Positions 47,131 to 58,061 of a stretch of DNA of 64,000 nt are shown here, piece after piece. The stretch spans positions 1,032,932-1,096,931 of the forward strand of contig JAFLVM010000001.1 in assembly GCA_022508305.1 (NCBI GenBank), read 5' to 3'. The notes under the pieces are model-generated. The model worked only from the letters and a program-made list of their open reading frames with translations. It ran no database searches and was not told the origin of the DNA. The first letter of the stretch is position 1; each line of letters opens with the position of its first letter. Both the position numbers and the translations under genes were made by a program. Origin of the DNA: Clostridiales bacterium (GTDB lineage: Bacteria; Bacillota; Clostridia; Christensenellales; CAG-314).

Positions 47131-50100
47131 ATGTACAACTTTTTTGACAGAGTAAACAATACCGAGGCATACAGGAAGTTGCTCAACGACACCCGCGATA
47201 AAAATTTTATCGCGGCTTTTGGCGCGCAACCTAACGAAAAACCCTTCATTGCGGCAAACTCCGACGTGTTCAGTTTGTACGTTACAAGCGACTACGTTGA
47301 GGCGCAGAGGGTGCTTAGAACAATTCAAGCTATCGGTAGCGGCAACGTGGTGTACCTGCCCGCCAAAGAGGACGTGTTGCTGTACAAGGGCAGCTCCTCC
47401 AAAAACTCCGTGTATTCCCGCAACTACGCCCTGCACCAAATCTTGACAAACGCCGACTGCGCCGTAACCTGCATTGACGCGTTGATACAGCTGTTGCCCA
47501 GTCGCGACAAGTTTTTCGCCGACTGTTTTATGCTAAAAACGGGCGTTTGCTACGACACGGCCATGCTCGTCAAAAAATTGGTAGAAAACGGCTACAATCG
47601 CGTTGACGGAATTTCCTCAGAGGGTGAATTCGTAATGCGCGGCGACATTCTTGACGTATCTATGCCATTTTCTAAGCGTTTCCGCGTGGACTTTTTCGAC
47701 GACGAGATTGAAAGCATACGCGAGGTGGGCGAGGACGGCAAGTCGGGCGACGCGGTCACTCAATTTGAAATTTACCCCCTCTACGACACTACGGGCTTGC
47801 CTGTAAGTAAGCTTTCTCAGATTGAGCGGTACGTCACTATGCAGAAGCAGCGCGCAAAGCTGCCTGTAAATGCCCACGCGCGGCTTTCGGAAATACTTTC
47901 TTCCCTGTCCGTTGCCGCAGGAGGTGGTAAGGTGGACAACGGTTGGCTAACGCCTTTCGTTGAGTGTTCCAAGCTCAAGGAATACTTGCCTGCCGACACC
48001 GTCGTATTTTGGGACGAACCCAAGAGCCTAAGTCAACGGGTTAATTTCCTTTACAAGGAGCACGGAGAGCGTGTAGCAAACCTGACTAAGGCGGGCGAGG
48101 TACTACCTATTCACTTTAACGCATTTGTGGACAGGGCAGAAGTGTTTAATCTGGATGTTCCGCAAATTTTCTTGCAAACCTTGCCTTACCAAAGCGATTT
48201 CTTCCGCCCCGAGGCAATTCACAACTTCAAGACGGGCGCGGTCAGCAGTTACGCCGCAAGCGAAGAGGCGTTGGCGACGGACGTAAAGAACTGGCTGCGA
48301 CTCGGTTACGAAACGGTTATATTTGCCGGCAGCGACGGCGTTGAACCCACCCGCGAAAAGCTGTCAAAATTCGGCGTTTACGGTATTTGCGCGGACAGGC
48401 TCGAACCTAACGCTGCCGACGCGCTGATACTTCCCATCGGCATAGAAAAAGGATTCGTGTCACACACCAACAAGCTTGTGGTGGTGGGCACACGCGACCT
48501 CGGCAGAGGACTCAATCAACAGTCAATGAGGAAAAGCCGCAAGCAGGCGTTTTTGTCCGTAGAAAAGGGCGACTACGTCGTGCACGACGTACACGGAATA
48601 GGACTTTGCGAGGGCATACAAAAAATTACAACCCCCAGCGGCGAAGCGAAAGATTACATCGTAGTTTTGTACAAAAACGGCGACAGGCTGTACGTTCCCG
48701 TAGACGCTACGAACATGCTTTCCCGCTATTCCGGCGGTGAAAACCCGACGTTATCTAAGCTTGGCGGCGAGGACTTTGCCAAGGTCAAGAGCAAGGTCAA
48801 GAGCGGTATTCGCGAGATGTCCATTAACCTCTTGAAGCTGTACGCCGAACGGGAAAAGTCTCGTGGCTTCAGGTATCGTGTGGACGAGTATTTGGACGAG
48901 GAATTCGAGCAGTACTTCCCATTCAAGGCGACGGAAGATCAGTTGCGTTGTCAAGCGGAAATCGTTAAGGATTTGACGAGCGAACGGATTATGGACCGCG
49001 TGCTTGTCGGCGACGTCGGTTACGGCAAGACTGAGGTTGCAATGCGCGCCGCCTTCAACGTGGTGTGCAACGGCTATCAGGTAGCGGTGCTTGCGCCTAC
49101 GACAATTCTCACCGAGCAGCACTACAAAACCTTCACCGAGCGTATGTCGCATTTCGACATCAGAGTGGCGTGTCTTAACCGTTTCCGCACAGCCGAGCAG
49201 CAAAGGCGAATTTTGAAGGCGGTAGCAAGCGGCGACGTGGATATTTTGATAGGTACGCACCGACTTTTGTCACAAGATGTGACCTTTAACAGGCTTGGTC
49301 TGCTTGTTTTGGACGAGGAACAGCGCTTTGGTGTGGAACACAAGGAAAAATTGAAATCCTTGAAAACCAACGTGGACGTGCTCACGATGTCGGCAACACC
49401 CATTCCGAGAACGCTGCACATGGCTCTTTCCGGTATTCGAGATATTTCCACGATAACCACCCCGCCCGTTGAGCGTATAGCCGTGGAAACCTTCGTGGTG
49501 GAGGAAAGCGACGCTTTGCTCACCGACGTTATCACGCGCGAGCTTGCGAGGGGCGGACAGGTGTACTGCGTGTACAACAGGGTTCAGTCCATCGACGCAT
49601 TCGCAAGGAAGCTGTCGGAGCTTGTTCCTAACGCCAAGCTTACCGTTGCGCACGGACAGATGGACGAGACCTCGCTCGAGGACGCCGTTATGTCCTTTGC
49701 AGAGGGCAAAAGCGACGTACTTGTGTGTACGACAATTATCGAAAACGGCATAGACATTCCCAACGTCAACACGCTAATAGTTATGGATGCGGACAAGTTG
49801 GGACTGTCGCAGCTGTACCAGTTGAGGGGTAGAGTAGGGCGCAGTAACCGTCTTGCTTACGCCTACTTTACCTATCGCCACGACAAGATTTTGAGCGACG
49901 TTGCCTACAAGCGCCTGTCCTCGATTACCGAGTACAGCGAGTTGGGAAGCGGCTTCAAAATTGCCATGAAGGACCTTGAGATCCGTGGCGCGGGCAACAT
50001 TCTCGGTCGCGAACAGCACGGGCACATGGTAAAAGTTGGCTACGACATGTACGCGCGCCTACTTCAGGAAACGGTTGCCGAACTGAAGGGCGAACAGGTC

Positions 50101-50553
50101 AAACAAAAAATCAACACCGACGTGGAAATTGACATCGAGGCATACGCTCCCGACAGTTACATACCCTTGCAGTCGGACAGAATGAATTTTTACCGCAATT
50201 TGGCGGACTGTCAAACTGTTGAAGAGGTGGACAAGGTGCGCGAGGAGCTTATTGACGTGTACGGCGCGGCGCCCAAGCAGGTGGAAAATCTGTTTTCCGT
50301 CGCCAAACTCAAGCTGTTGGCAAGTAACGCTGGCGTAGTCAAGGTGGTGGCGCGACCTGCTCACGGCGAGCTTATTTTTGCCGGCAAGGACAAGCTTATG
50401 CGCAAAGAGGTATTTGAAGCCTTGATGAACTTCGGCGAGCGGGCGACGGTGTCTTCCGACAGCTACGGCATAGTGTTTTCTTCGGCGGATTTTATGCAAA
50501 AGAGCCGATTACTCGACGCGCTAAAGGAATTTTTGCAAAGTATACAAACTTAA
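47131..50553 (+). CDS. mfd: Transcription-repair coupling factor Mfd
   Basis: ~1140 aa. Helicase motifs GDVGYGKTEVA, DEEQRFGV, SATPIPRTL and the TRG region QLRGRVGRS. The start is uncertain (ATG 47131 or TTG 47107). Confidence 0.93.
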   Translation: MYNFFDRVNNTEAYRKLLNDTRDKNFIAAFGAQPNEKPFIAANSDVFSLYVTSDYVEAQRVLRTIQAIGSGNVVYLPAKEDVLLYKGSSSKNSVYSRNYALHQILTNADCAVTCIDALIQLLPSRDKFFADCFMLKTGVCYDTAMLVKKLVENGYNRVDGISSEGEFVMRGDILDVSMPFSKRFRVDFFDDEIESIREVGEDGKSGDAVTQFEIYPLYDTTGLPVSKLSQIERYVTMQKQRAKLPVNAHARLSEILSSLSVAAGGGKVDNGWLTPFVECSKLKEYLPADTVVFWDEPKSLSQRVNFLYKEHGERVANLTKAGEVLPIHFNAFVDRAEVFNLDVPQIFLQTLPYQSDFFRPEAIHNFKTGAVSSYAASEEALATDVKNWLRLGYETVIFAGSDGVEPTREKLSKFGVYGICADRLEPNAADALILPIGIEKGFVSHTNKLVVVGTRDLGRGLNQQSMRKSRKQAFLSVEKGDYVVHDVHGIGLCEGIQKITTPSGEAKDYIVVLYKNGDRLYVPVDATNMLSRYSGGENPTLSKLGGEDFAKVKSKVKSGIREMSINLLKLYAEREKSRGFRYRVDEYLDEEFEQYFPFKATEDQLRCQAEIVKDLTSERIMDRVLVGDVGYGKTEVAMRAAFNVVCNGYQVAVLAPTTILTEQHYKTFTERMSHFDIRVACLNRFRTAEQQRRILKAVASGDVDILIGTHRLLSQDVTFNRLGLLVLDEEQRFGVEHKEKLKSLKTNVDVLTMSATPIPRTLHMALSGIRDISTITTPPVERIAVETFVVEESDALLTDVITRELARGGQVYCVYNRVQSIDAFARKLSELVPNAKLTVAHGQMDETSLEDAVMSFAEGKSDVLVCTTIIENGIDIPNVNTLIVMDADKLGLSQLYQLRGRVGRSNRLAYAYFTYRHDKILSDVAYKRLSSITEYSELGSGFKIAMKDLEIRGAGNILGREQHGHMVKVGYDMYARLLQETVAELKGEQVKQKINTDVEIDIEAYAPDSYIPLQSDRMNFYRNLADCQTVEEVDKVREELIDVYGAAPKQVENLFSVAKLKLLASNAGVVKVVARPAHGELIFAGKDKLMRKEVFEALMNFGERATVSSDSYGIVFSSADFMQKSRLLDALKEFLQSIQT

Positions 50554-50668
50554 TCTCACAAAAGTTCGTGTAACCGCTTGCCAATTGCCAACTAAAAATG
50601 TATAATGTATAGGTATATGTGGCGGTATGTCCAAATTCTACTTTCGCCACGACTTTAGGAGCAACAAA

Positions 50669-52597
50669 ATGAAAAAAGCAACTAAAATACTAACAATAAT
50701 ACTAATCGTTGTATTCGTATTGAGTGTATTTGCAAGCTGCGGTTTGGTGGGTAAAGACATCGGTAAGTACCGTCAAACTACGGCAATGACGGTCGGCGAT
50801 CAAAAAATATCCGTCGGCAAGCTGCTTGACACCTTCAATTCCTACTACAACAATTACTATTACTATATCAGCTACGGCATGTTAGACATGGACGGCTTGT
50901 TGGAAATGGTGCTGTCTGCCCTTCAGCAACAGTACATGCAAATTGACGACTACGTCACCAGACACAAGTCCGACGCAGACGTTGTGGCGTCCAATTTGAA
51001 GGGCAAGGCTGTAAACGCCGAGTTCTTGACAGCTGAGGAATTCGAGTATTGCATCAAGTACGTCAGACACATTTCATTCACGTCGTTTGACACCAGCGTA
51101 GAAGCACAGATTTCCGCGCGCCGTGAGATGAAGGACGCCGAAAGTGAAGACACATCGCGCAACTTTACCGAGTATGACGATTTTAACGGCGCTACTACCT
51201 ACGCAGAGTATCTGTACAGGAAAAACTTTGACAGCAAGGAAGCTGACGAGTATTTTGAAAAATACTACGGCGCAGACGAGCAAACCTCCTACGGCGAAGT
51301 TGACATCGCTAGCTACGTTTACGCAGATGAAGCGGCAGCGGCAAAGAGGCTTGAGGAATTCAACGACAGAATAGAAGACGAAGAGGATTACGTAGATTTT
51401 GACGAGCTTGTCGCCGCTCAAAAGAGCGTGTTGAACCAATATCGCGACACAATCAAGACCAACTACGGCATCACTTTGGACAAATTCCTGTCTAATCAAG
51501 TAGACGACATGGTGTCCAGCTGTATTCTTGCAAAGTGGAGCTACGAGGTGTACGGAGGCAAAGAGGACGAAATTAAGGGGCTGCTTGAACAGCGCTTTGA
51601 AATCGAAAAAGAAGCTCAAATTACAGACTTCAACATCGACAACAATTTCGATTCCTTCATCACCTCTCTGTCAAGCAGCAAGTATCTGTTCGACGTGCCC
51701 AAGAGTGAAGAAGACGATCAAAACTACACCGAAAAGTACGTATTCGTAAAGAACATTCTCGTTCCCTTTACTACCGCTCAATCCAACAGACTCAAGGTTC
51801 TTGCGGACAAATTCGGCGACACCGACAGACCCGAATACATTGCGGCTCGCAACTCGGAAGCGGCGAAAATATTGGCAGAATACTTCTATTCCGACAAGTA
51901 CGACGAGGACATTGAAAGCAAGTATTTCTCCGACGAGAAGTGGTTTAAGCCCAACACTGACGAGGATTCCGACAGCAAGTACGAAAAGATTAAGGGCTTG
52001 TTCACGTACGAAGGTAGCAATTTGGCAATCAACCCCGACGGTGTTTTGAATTCGTTCTTTGGCGACAACGGCGAAGTTAAACCTATGGACGGTAAGAGCA
52101 AGTCGGAAACTATCGTTGAACTGATGAAGCGTTTCAACACCGACACAGCTCAACACACCGCAACCTACGACTACGTTGTGTACGTTGGCGACGACTGGGA
52201 AGACTACGAGCACGCTTGGGTAGAGGAATTCTACACCGCAGTAAACCAACTGCGCGACTCTGAAGGCAACTTCAACGGTAAGGAAAAATACGCAATGTGC
52301 GTTTCCAGCTACGGCGTTCACATCATCTACGTGGAAGGCTTTGTTGAAGACCAATTGTTCAAGTTTGACTACAGCAAGAGTACCGACACGTCATCTGCCT
52401 TCTACAGATGGTTTGCAAGCACCTTCCAAAGCGAAGTTAGCAAGATGACTCAGGAAAGATACGAAGAACTGCAAGAGCAATACCTCAAAGATGACAAGAT
52501 CCACGTAACCGAGGAATTTGCAAAGTTCTTGGACGAAAACGGATTTACCCTTGATTTCGATCTCTTCTTGGAAGAACTTAAAGAAAAATACGCTTAA
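50669..52597 (+). CDS. PrsA/SurA-like foldase lipoprotein (parvulin-like C-terminal region)
   Basis: MKKATKILTIILIVVFVLSVFASC lipobox after an AGGAG RBS. SSYGVHIIYVEG resembles the parvulin GYHII motif. The position after mfd matches clostridial genomes. Confidence 0.6.
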   Translation: MKKATKILTIILIVVFVLSVFASCGLVGKDIGKYRQTTAMTVGDQKISVGKLLDTFNSYYNNYYYYISYGMLDMDGLLEMVLSALQQQYMQIDDYVTRHKSDADVVASNLKGKAVNAEFLTAEEFEYCIKYVRHISFTSFDTSVEAQISARREMKDAESEDTSRNFTEYDDFNGATTYAEYLYRKNFDSKEADEYFEKYYGADEQTSYGEVDIASYVYADEAAAAKRLEEFNDRIEDEEDYVDFDELVAAQKSVLNQYRDTIKTNYGITLDKFLSNQVDDMVSSCILAKWSYEVYGGKEDEIKGLLEQRFEIEKEAQITDFNIDNNFDSFITSLSSSKYLFDVPKSEEDDQNYTEKYVFVKNILVPFTTAQSNRLKVLADKFGDTDRPEYIAARNSEAAKILAEYFYSDKYDEDIESKYFSDEKWFKPNTDEDSDSKYEKIKGLFTYEGSNLAINPDGVLNSFFGDNGEVKPMDGKSKSETIVELMKRFNTDTAQHTATYDYVVYVGDDWEDYEHAWVEEFYTAVNQLRDSEGNFNGKEKYAMCVSSYGVHIIYVEGFVEDQLFKFDYSKSTDTSSAFYRWFASTFQSEVSKMTQERYEELQEQYLKDDKIHVTEEFAKFLDENGFTLDFDLFLEELKEKYA

Positions 52598-52613
52598 TAA
52601 ACATTAGAATACA

Positions 52614-52647
52614 AAACGCGTCCAATTGTTGGGCGCGTTTTTTTTGT
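52614..52647 (+). terminator. Rho-independent terminator
   Basis: AAACGCGTCC-AATTGTT-GGGCGCGTTT followed by a T-run. Confidence 0.8.
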
Positions 52648-52808
52648 TGCCTAATGGGAATTAATAGGGTAATTTTGTTGTTCAGTTCCATTTCAGTGGG
52701 TCAAATACTTGAAAATTTTGTGGGTTTATAGTAAAATTTAATAAATATTTGCTATTTGGTAGCTTTGGCAAATATTATACTACAAGACAAACTTCACGAG
52801 GGTGACCC

Positions 52809-54116
52809 ATGAAAAAGACAACAGACCAACTTGTAAAAGAAACGAAAGTCAAGAAACCCAACGCATTCGTCAACGCAGTGCTCAGTCAAGTTGCCAAAGC
52901 GTTGTACTACAAACAGTGCAGTGTTGAACTGTATCGCAACGTCAATCCCGACGATTACAAGGACAAGCCTGTTATCGTTGTTGCTAACCATGCGTCACGG
53001 TTTGACTACGCGTTCGTCAATTATATTATGAAACGTCGCCGTATCAATTTCGTTGCGGCGGAAAACGAGTTTCACCGTTCTAAGTTTAAGTTGGTATTCA
53101 AGTTGGGAAGAGTAATTCCTAAGCGCAACTTCGTGCCGGACACCAAAACAATTCAAGGTATTGCCCGCATTTTGAAAAAGGAAAAGAATGGCTGCATTGC
53201 CATTTTTCCGTGCGGTATGAGTACTGCAAGCGGCGCGCAACAGCCATCAATGCTGGGTACCGGCAAGATGCTCAAACACTTTGGCGTACACGTTTTGTCC
53301 ATTCGTATTCACGGCGGCTATCTCGTTTGTCCTAAGTTTGACGTCAAGGAACGCTATGGCAAGGTTACAGTGGAGCTGGACGAACTGTTCAATCCCGAAC
53401 AATTGCAAGCGCTTACTGCTGACGAAATAGAAAGAAAGGTGGATGAGGCGATTTTCACTGACGACTACGAGTGGAACGCAACGCATCAATACAGCTACAA
53501 CCGTAAGGACGGCAAATACGCGCAGGACATGGAGCAAATCATTTACAAGTGTCCCAAGTGCGGCGGCGAACTTGTAATGGAAGGCGTTGGCGACGAAATT
53601 CGCTGTAAACAGTGCGGCAACGGCGCCAAAATGGACGACAAGTACAACCTCACGCCCTTTGAAGGTAGCGTAATCCCGAAGAATCCCAGAGTTTGGTTTG
53701 ACTGGCAACGCCGCGAAATGAGGAAGACTGTGTCCGACCCCAACTTCGTAATGGAAGAGCACGTAAAACTGGGTATGTTGCCCAAGTACGGTTATATGAA
53801 GAACAACGAGGTGGCAAATATCGTCGGCGAAGGCACGTTGAGACTGGACAGAACGGGCTTAACCTACACTGGAACGCGCGACGGCGAGCCTTGGACGGTG
53901 TTTATCAAGAGCGAATTGATACCCACGCTTTGTTTGCCCGTTGATGCAAGCTTTTTCTACACTTACGCAAGCGGTGAATTTCTGCAATTTACTCCCGACG
54001 TACCCAGTTGTATGCGTTGGTCGTTTGCAGTAGAGGAAGTGTACCGCGTAAACGGCGGCAAATGGCAAAACTTCCCTTGGTTTGACTACGACGCTCCGCT
54101 TGAACTGAAAAAATAG
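52809..54116 (+). CDS. Lysophospholipid (PlsC-like) acyltransferase with an internal zinc-ribbon-like motif
   Basis: HxxxxD motif VVANHASRFD. CPKCGGEL...CKQCGN. 435 aa. Confidence 0.7.
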   Translation: MKKTTDQLVKETKVKKPNAFVNAVLSQVAKALYYKQCSVELYRNVNPDDYKDKPVIVVANHASRFDYAFVNYIMKRRRINFVAAENEFHRSKFKLVFKLGRVIPKRNFVPDTKTIQGIARILKKEKNGCIAIFPCGMSTASGAQQPSMLGTGKMLKHFGVHVLSIRIHGGYLVCPKFDVKERYGKVTVELDELFNPEQLQALTADEIERKVDEAIFTDDYEWNATHQYSYNRKDGKYAQDMEQIIYKCPKCGGELVMEGVGDEIRCKQCGNGAKMDDKYNLTPFEGSVIPKNPRVWFDWQRREMRKTVSDPNFVMEEHVKLGMLPKYGYMKNNEVANIVGEGTLRLDRTGLTYTGTRDGEPWTVFIKSELIPTLCLPVDASFFYTYASGEFLQFTPDVPSCMRWSFAVEEVYRVNGGKWQNFPWFDYDAPLELKK

Positions 54117-54173
54117 CGACGTGTTCAGTGTAAATTTTGTGAAAAACCGCTAAACTTAGGACAAAGGTGGATT

Positions 54174-54932
54174 ATGTTTGTTTCCATTCTCAAAAAGGCA
54201 GTTCCTGTGCCTAAACTGACTGATTTTGACAGTTTTTTATTCGTAGGACCGCACCCCGACGACATCGAGCTGGCGTGTGGCGGAACTGTTGCATTGCTGA
54301 CCAAGCTTGGCAAGAAGGTAACATTTGTTATAGCCACAAACGGCTGTGTCGGAAGCCTTGACCCAAGTCTTACGTCGGAACAAATAGTGGAAATTCGACA
54401 AAAAGAGGCGCTTGCGTCAGCCGAATTGCTGGGCGTTACCGACGTGCGCTTTTTGCCCTACGACGACGGCGGCGACTATGACCAAGCCGCAATGAAAAAG
54501 GACATCGTTGCGGCAATTCTCGACGTCAAGCCGCAAGTTGTACTTTGCCCCGACCACACCGTGTTTACCGAGTGGCATCCCGACCATCTCAACGTTGGCA
54601 GAATTGCAACGGAAGCGGTGTTCGTTGCAAGCTGGGACAAGCTTACCGCGCGTATCGGACTGACAGGCAGTGTGGGTAAGGTTGTGATTGCCTACTACTA
54701 CACTCACAAGCCCAACGGCTACGTAGGAGTAACTTCGACGTACAAGCTTCGCGAACAGGCATTGCGGTTGCACGTATCGCAGTTTGATGAGGCAACGCTA
54801 AAAAGAAACAACACCTATTTGAAGCTTCGCGAAATCCGTTTCGGTTTGCGTTGCGGTAAACGTCGGGCAGAGGGCTTCCGCATTTCAACCCCCGTTCTTC
54901 GCCACTGCTTCCCCGAGGCAACGGAGTATTGA
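54174..54932 (+). CDS. PIG-L/LmbE family N-acetylglucosaminyl deacetylase
   Basis: FVGPHPDDIELACGGT motif and HPDH downstream. Confidence 0.85.
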   Translation: MFVSILKKAVPVPKLTDFDSFLFVGPHPDDIELACGGTVALLTKLGKKVTFVIATNGCVGSLDPSLTSEQIVEIRQKEALASAELLGVTDVRFLPYDDGGDYDQAAMKKDIVAAILDVKPQVVLCPDHTVFTEWHPDHLNVGRIATEAVFVASWDKLTARIGLTGSVGKVVIAYYYTHKPNGYVGVTSTYKLREQALRLHVSQFDEATLKRNNTYLKLREIRFGLRCGKRRAEGFRISTPVLRHCFPEATEY

Positions 54933-54950
54933 GGTGAGGCTCGGGAATTG

Positions 54951-54979
54951 CCTCCCTTCACACAAGGGAGGATTTTTTT
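54951..54979 (+). terminator. Rho-independent terminator
   Basis: CCTCCCTT-CACAC-AAGGGAGG followed by a T7 run. Confidence 0.8.
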
Positions 54980-55023
54980 GTTTATCTGACTTTCAAATAA
55001 GGTATATAAATAATTATTCGTTA

Positions 55024-55048
55024 TTTTACTTGCCTCACTGACGAGGTT
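55024..55048 (-). repeat. 25-nt intergenic repeat, degenerate copy 5
   Basis: The minus strand reads AACCTCGTCAGTGAGGCAAGTAAAA, about 20 of 25 positions matching the consensus of copies 1-4. Confidence 0.5.
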
Positions 55049-55107
55049 ATTTGCATCCACGGCGAGTGGTAGATATTTTTATAACTTTTTCTACATAATA
55101 TAAATGT

Positions 55108-56661
55108 ATGAAAAAGCACGAGAGTTTTATTTCGGGGGCGCTCATTTTGAGTCTTGGCGGACTGCTTGCCAAGATTTTGGGCGCGTTGTACCGTATTCCA
55201 TTGACGAACATTATCGGCAGCTACGGAATGGGATTATACCAGTTGGTATTTCCGCCGTACATTTTGTTTTTGACAGTTGCGCAAGCAGGCGTACCCGTTG
55301 CGGTGTCCAAGCTGATTGCGGAAAACAACCAATTGGGCAACTTTGACAAGTCAAGAAAGATTTTCAGGTGCGCGTTTATCTTTTTGGCAGGGCTTGGAGC
55401 AATTTGCGCCGTGCTTATGGCAAGCTTGGCAAAGGTTATCGCTGCTTCTCAAGGAAATGCCGAAACTGCGACGGCATTTTTGATAGTTGCTCCTGCGTTA
55501 CTGTTCGTACCCGTCACTAACGCATTGAAAGCCTACTTCCAAGGCAACATGAACATGGTGCCGTCGGGCGTTACTACGGTAATCGAGCAAATTGTCAAGC
55601 TTGCCGTCGGTCTTGCCTGCGCGTTGCACTTTATGCCCGACGTTCACAAGGCGGTTATGGGCGCGGTGTTCGCTATCACCGTCAGCGAGTTCGGTAGCCT
55701 TGCAATAATGTCAGTGGTGTACCTCGTTCACCGCAAAAAACGTCAATTGCCTCATATATCCATCGGTTGGGCGGACGCTAAAGGCATTGCGCCGAGCATT
55801 TTGACGTTGGCGATACCCGTAGCTCTCGGTGGGTTCGCTATGCAAATGTCGCAGGTCATCGACAGCGTGATGGTGGTAAATCTCTTGACCGTACCCAACG
55901 CAACGGAAATGTACGGCTTGTGGACTGGTCCCGTCAATTCAATGCTCGGGTTGCCCATTGCGCTTTCGGGCGGTGTCGCGGTGTCGGCGTTGCCAAGTAT
56001 CACCAAAACCTACTACGCCAACGACCAAGAAAAGCTACACAAGAGTTTCAATTCGGCAATGAAGTTGACCCTTGTAATAGCGCTTCCCTGTTCGTTCGGA
56101 ATGATTGCGCTCTCTCAACCGATACTCAAACTACTCTACGGCAGTCTGCCCGCCAATGAAATCTACGTTTCGTCGGTGCTGCTGTCCCTGTCGGGGTTGT
56201 CCATCGTGTTTTTGGCGGTGCTGCAAACCTGCGTGTCCGTGTGTCAGGCAGTTGGCAAGCCCTACGCCACCGTCGTAATAATATCTCTTGCTATTGTAGT
56301 AAAAGCGGCTGTAAATCTCATTTTGCTGCCTCGAGCTGAAATAAATATTTACGCTGCTGCAATTTCCGAAACGTTATGCTATCTTTTTGCGACGGTTTGT
56401 GTTATAATCTACTTGCGTAAAAAGATAGGACTGAAAACGGACGTTACCTCGTGTCTCATCAAGCCAATGGCGGCGGGCATGCTAATGACGCTCATGATTA
56501 CCCTTGCAATCACCTTCCTCAAGAACTTCTTTGACGGAACGCTTGGTACATTGATTTTGATTGCAATTTCCGGTCTGATTTACTTCTTGGGGCTGTTTGC
56601 CTTGAAGGTATTTGACCGTAGCGAACTGTCCTTTTTACCTGTCAAGCAGAAACAAAAATAA
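55108..56661 (+). CDS. MOP-superfamily flippase (SpoVB/MurJ-like polysaccharide or lipid II flippase)
   Basis: 517 aa with ~14 TM helices. The N-terminus GALILSLGGLLAKILGALYRIPLTNIIG is typical of SpoVB/YabM-type proteins. It neighbours yabN as in Bacillus. Confidence 0.8.
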   Translation: MKKHESFISGALILSLGGLLAKILGALYRIPLTNIIGSYGMGLYQLVFPPYILFLTVAQAGVPVAVSKLIAENNQLGNFDKSRKIFRCAFIFLAGLGAICAVLMASLAKVIAASQGNAETATAFLIVAPALLFVPVTNALKAYFQGNMNMVPSGVTTVIEQIVKLAVGLACALHFMPDVHKAVMGAVFAITVSEFGSLAIMSVVYLVHRKKRQLPHISIGWADAKGIAPSILTLAIPVALGGFAMQMSQVIDSVMVVNLLTVPNATEMYGLWTGPVNSMLGLPIALSGGVAVSALPSITKTYYANDQEKLHKSFNSAMKLTLVIALPCSFGMIALSQPILKLLYGSLPANEIYVSSVLLSLSGLSIVFLAVLQTCVSVCQAVGKPYATVVIISLAIVVKAAVNLILLPRAEINIYAAAISETLCYLFATVCVIIYLRKKIGLKTDVTSCLIKPMAAGMLMTLMITLAITFLKNFFDGTLGTLILIAISGLIYFLGLFALKVFDRSELSFLPVKQKQK

Positions 56662-56678
56662 CTTTTTAGGAGTAACTA

Positions 56679-58061
56679 ATGATAACGGTAGTTGGAATGG
56701 GCAGAAAGTCAGGCGATCTCACTCTCGACGGCAAGTTGGCAATAGAAAATGCTGACGTAGTGGTGGTCAAGTCGGCTCGCACTCACGCAGCGGAAACCGT
56801 TGCAGCAATCAGAAACGACGCCGTCTTTTGCGACGACCTGTACGAGCAAGCGGACGACTTCGACATTCTGAACGAGGCAATAATCGCAAGACTCAAGTCC
56901 TTCGGCAACAAAAAGGTGGCTTTTTGTGTTGTGGGCGAGGGCGCAGACGACACGACGGTACAGCTTTTGGACAACGCGAATGTAGTGGCGGGCGTAGGAC
57001 TTCATTCTGCCGTTGTTTCGGGCGGATTGTTGCCTGCAACAGTTGTGTACACCGCGCAAGACCTACTCGGGGTTTCGCGGGTATTGCCGTTGCCTACCGT
57101 TGTAAAGTGCATAGACGACAAATATATAGCAAGCGAAGTACAACTGCGGTTACTTGCGGCTTTTGACCGTGACACCGAAGTTGTTTTTTGCTGTAAAAAC
57201 ACAGTCAAGAAGTTCCCGCTGAGCGACTTACTGAAACAACGCTTTGACTATCAGGCGACGCTGTACGTAAAACCCAAGCAACTTGCCGAGCGCCAAGTAT
57301 TTGACTACTACGACTGCGTAGACGTAATGACTTTCTTATGCTCCGAAAACGGCTGTCCGTGGGATAGAGCGCAAACACACAAGAGTATCATCAAAAACGT
57401 CATTGAGGAAGCGTACGAGCTTGCAGACGCTCTCGAAAAAGAGGACGTTGACCACGTTGTTGAGGAGTTGGGCGATTTGCTCATGCAGGTTGTTTTCCAC
57501 CTTGAAATAGCGAGGAGCGACGGCGAGTTTGAACCCGACGCCGTTTACACGGCATTGTGCCGCAAGCTTATTGACCGTCACCCGCACGTGTTCGGTGAGG
57601 TGGTGGTAAATAATGCCGACGAATCACTTAGCGTTTGGGACAGTCAAAAGTTGAAAGAGCACAAAATCAAAGGCACGGCGGAAAACGTCCTTGACGTGTC
57701 TCGCGGAATGTCGGCGTTGATGAGAAGTCAAAAGGTGCAGTCAAGGGCTTCGAAGGGCGGCTACGAATTTAGCGACGTAGCCCAAGTGGTGGACAAGGTC
57801 AAGGAAGAACTCGACGAATTGCTTTCGGCAAGTGAAGAAAGTCGCCAAATGGAAGGCGGAGATTTGTTGTTCGCATGCGTCAACCTGCTACGTTTAACAG
57901 GTGTAGATGCAGAAACGGCTTTACTCAACTCCACCGAAAAGTTTGTAAACCGCGTTGTGGAGTGCGAACGTATTTTGGCAAATAACGGTGAAAATCTCAA
58001 GGAACTTCCGCTTGAAAGGTTTGACGAAATTTGGAACGAGGCGAAACGTAATGTCGGTTGA
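56679..58061 (+). CDS. mazG: YabN-type bifunctional-looking protein: N-terminal tetrapyrrole-methylase-like domain + C-terminal MazG NTP pyrophosphohydrolase
   Basis: The C-terminal half has tandem MazG repeats (EEAYELADALE, ELGDLLMQVVF, EELDELLSA..GDLLFACVNL). Confidence 0.85.
   Translation: MITVVGMGRKSGDLTLDGKLAIENADVVVVKSARTHAAETVAAIRNDAVFCDDLYEQADDFDILNEAIIARLKSFGNKKVAFCVVGEGADDTTVQLLDNANVVAGVGLHSAVVSGGLLPATVVYTAQDLLGVSRVLPLPTVVKCIDDKYIASEVQLRLLAAFDRDTEVVFCCKNTVKKFPLSDLLKQRFDYQATLYVKPKQLAERQVFDYYDCVDVMTFLCSENGCPWDRAQTHKSIIKNVIEEAYELADALEKEDVDHVVEELGDLLMQVVFHLEIARSDGEFEPDAVYTALCRKLIDRHPHVFGEVVVNNADESLSVWDSQKLKEHKIKGTAENVLDVSRGMSALMRSQKVQSRASKGGYEFSDVAQVVDKVKEELDELLSASEESRQMEGGDLLFACVNLLRLTGVDAETALLNSTEKFVNRVVECERILANNGENLKELPLERFDEIWNEAKRNVG

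Noticed and set aside
51074-52354. Minus-strand ORFs 51074..51619 and 51671..52354
   Set aside because: Antisense to the PrsA-like lipoprotein gene. No start context or motifs.
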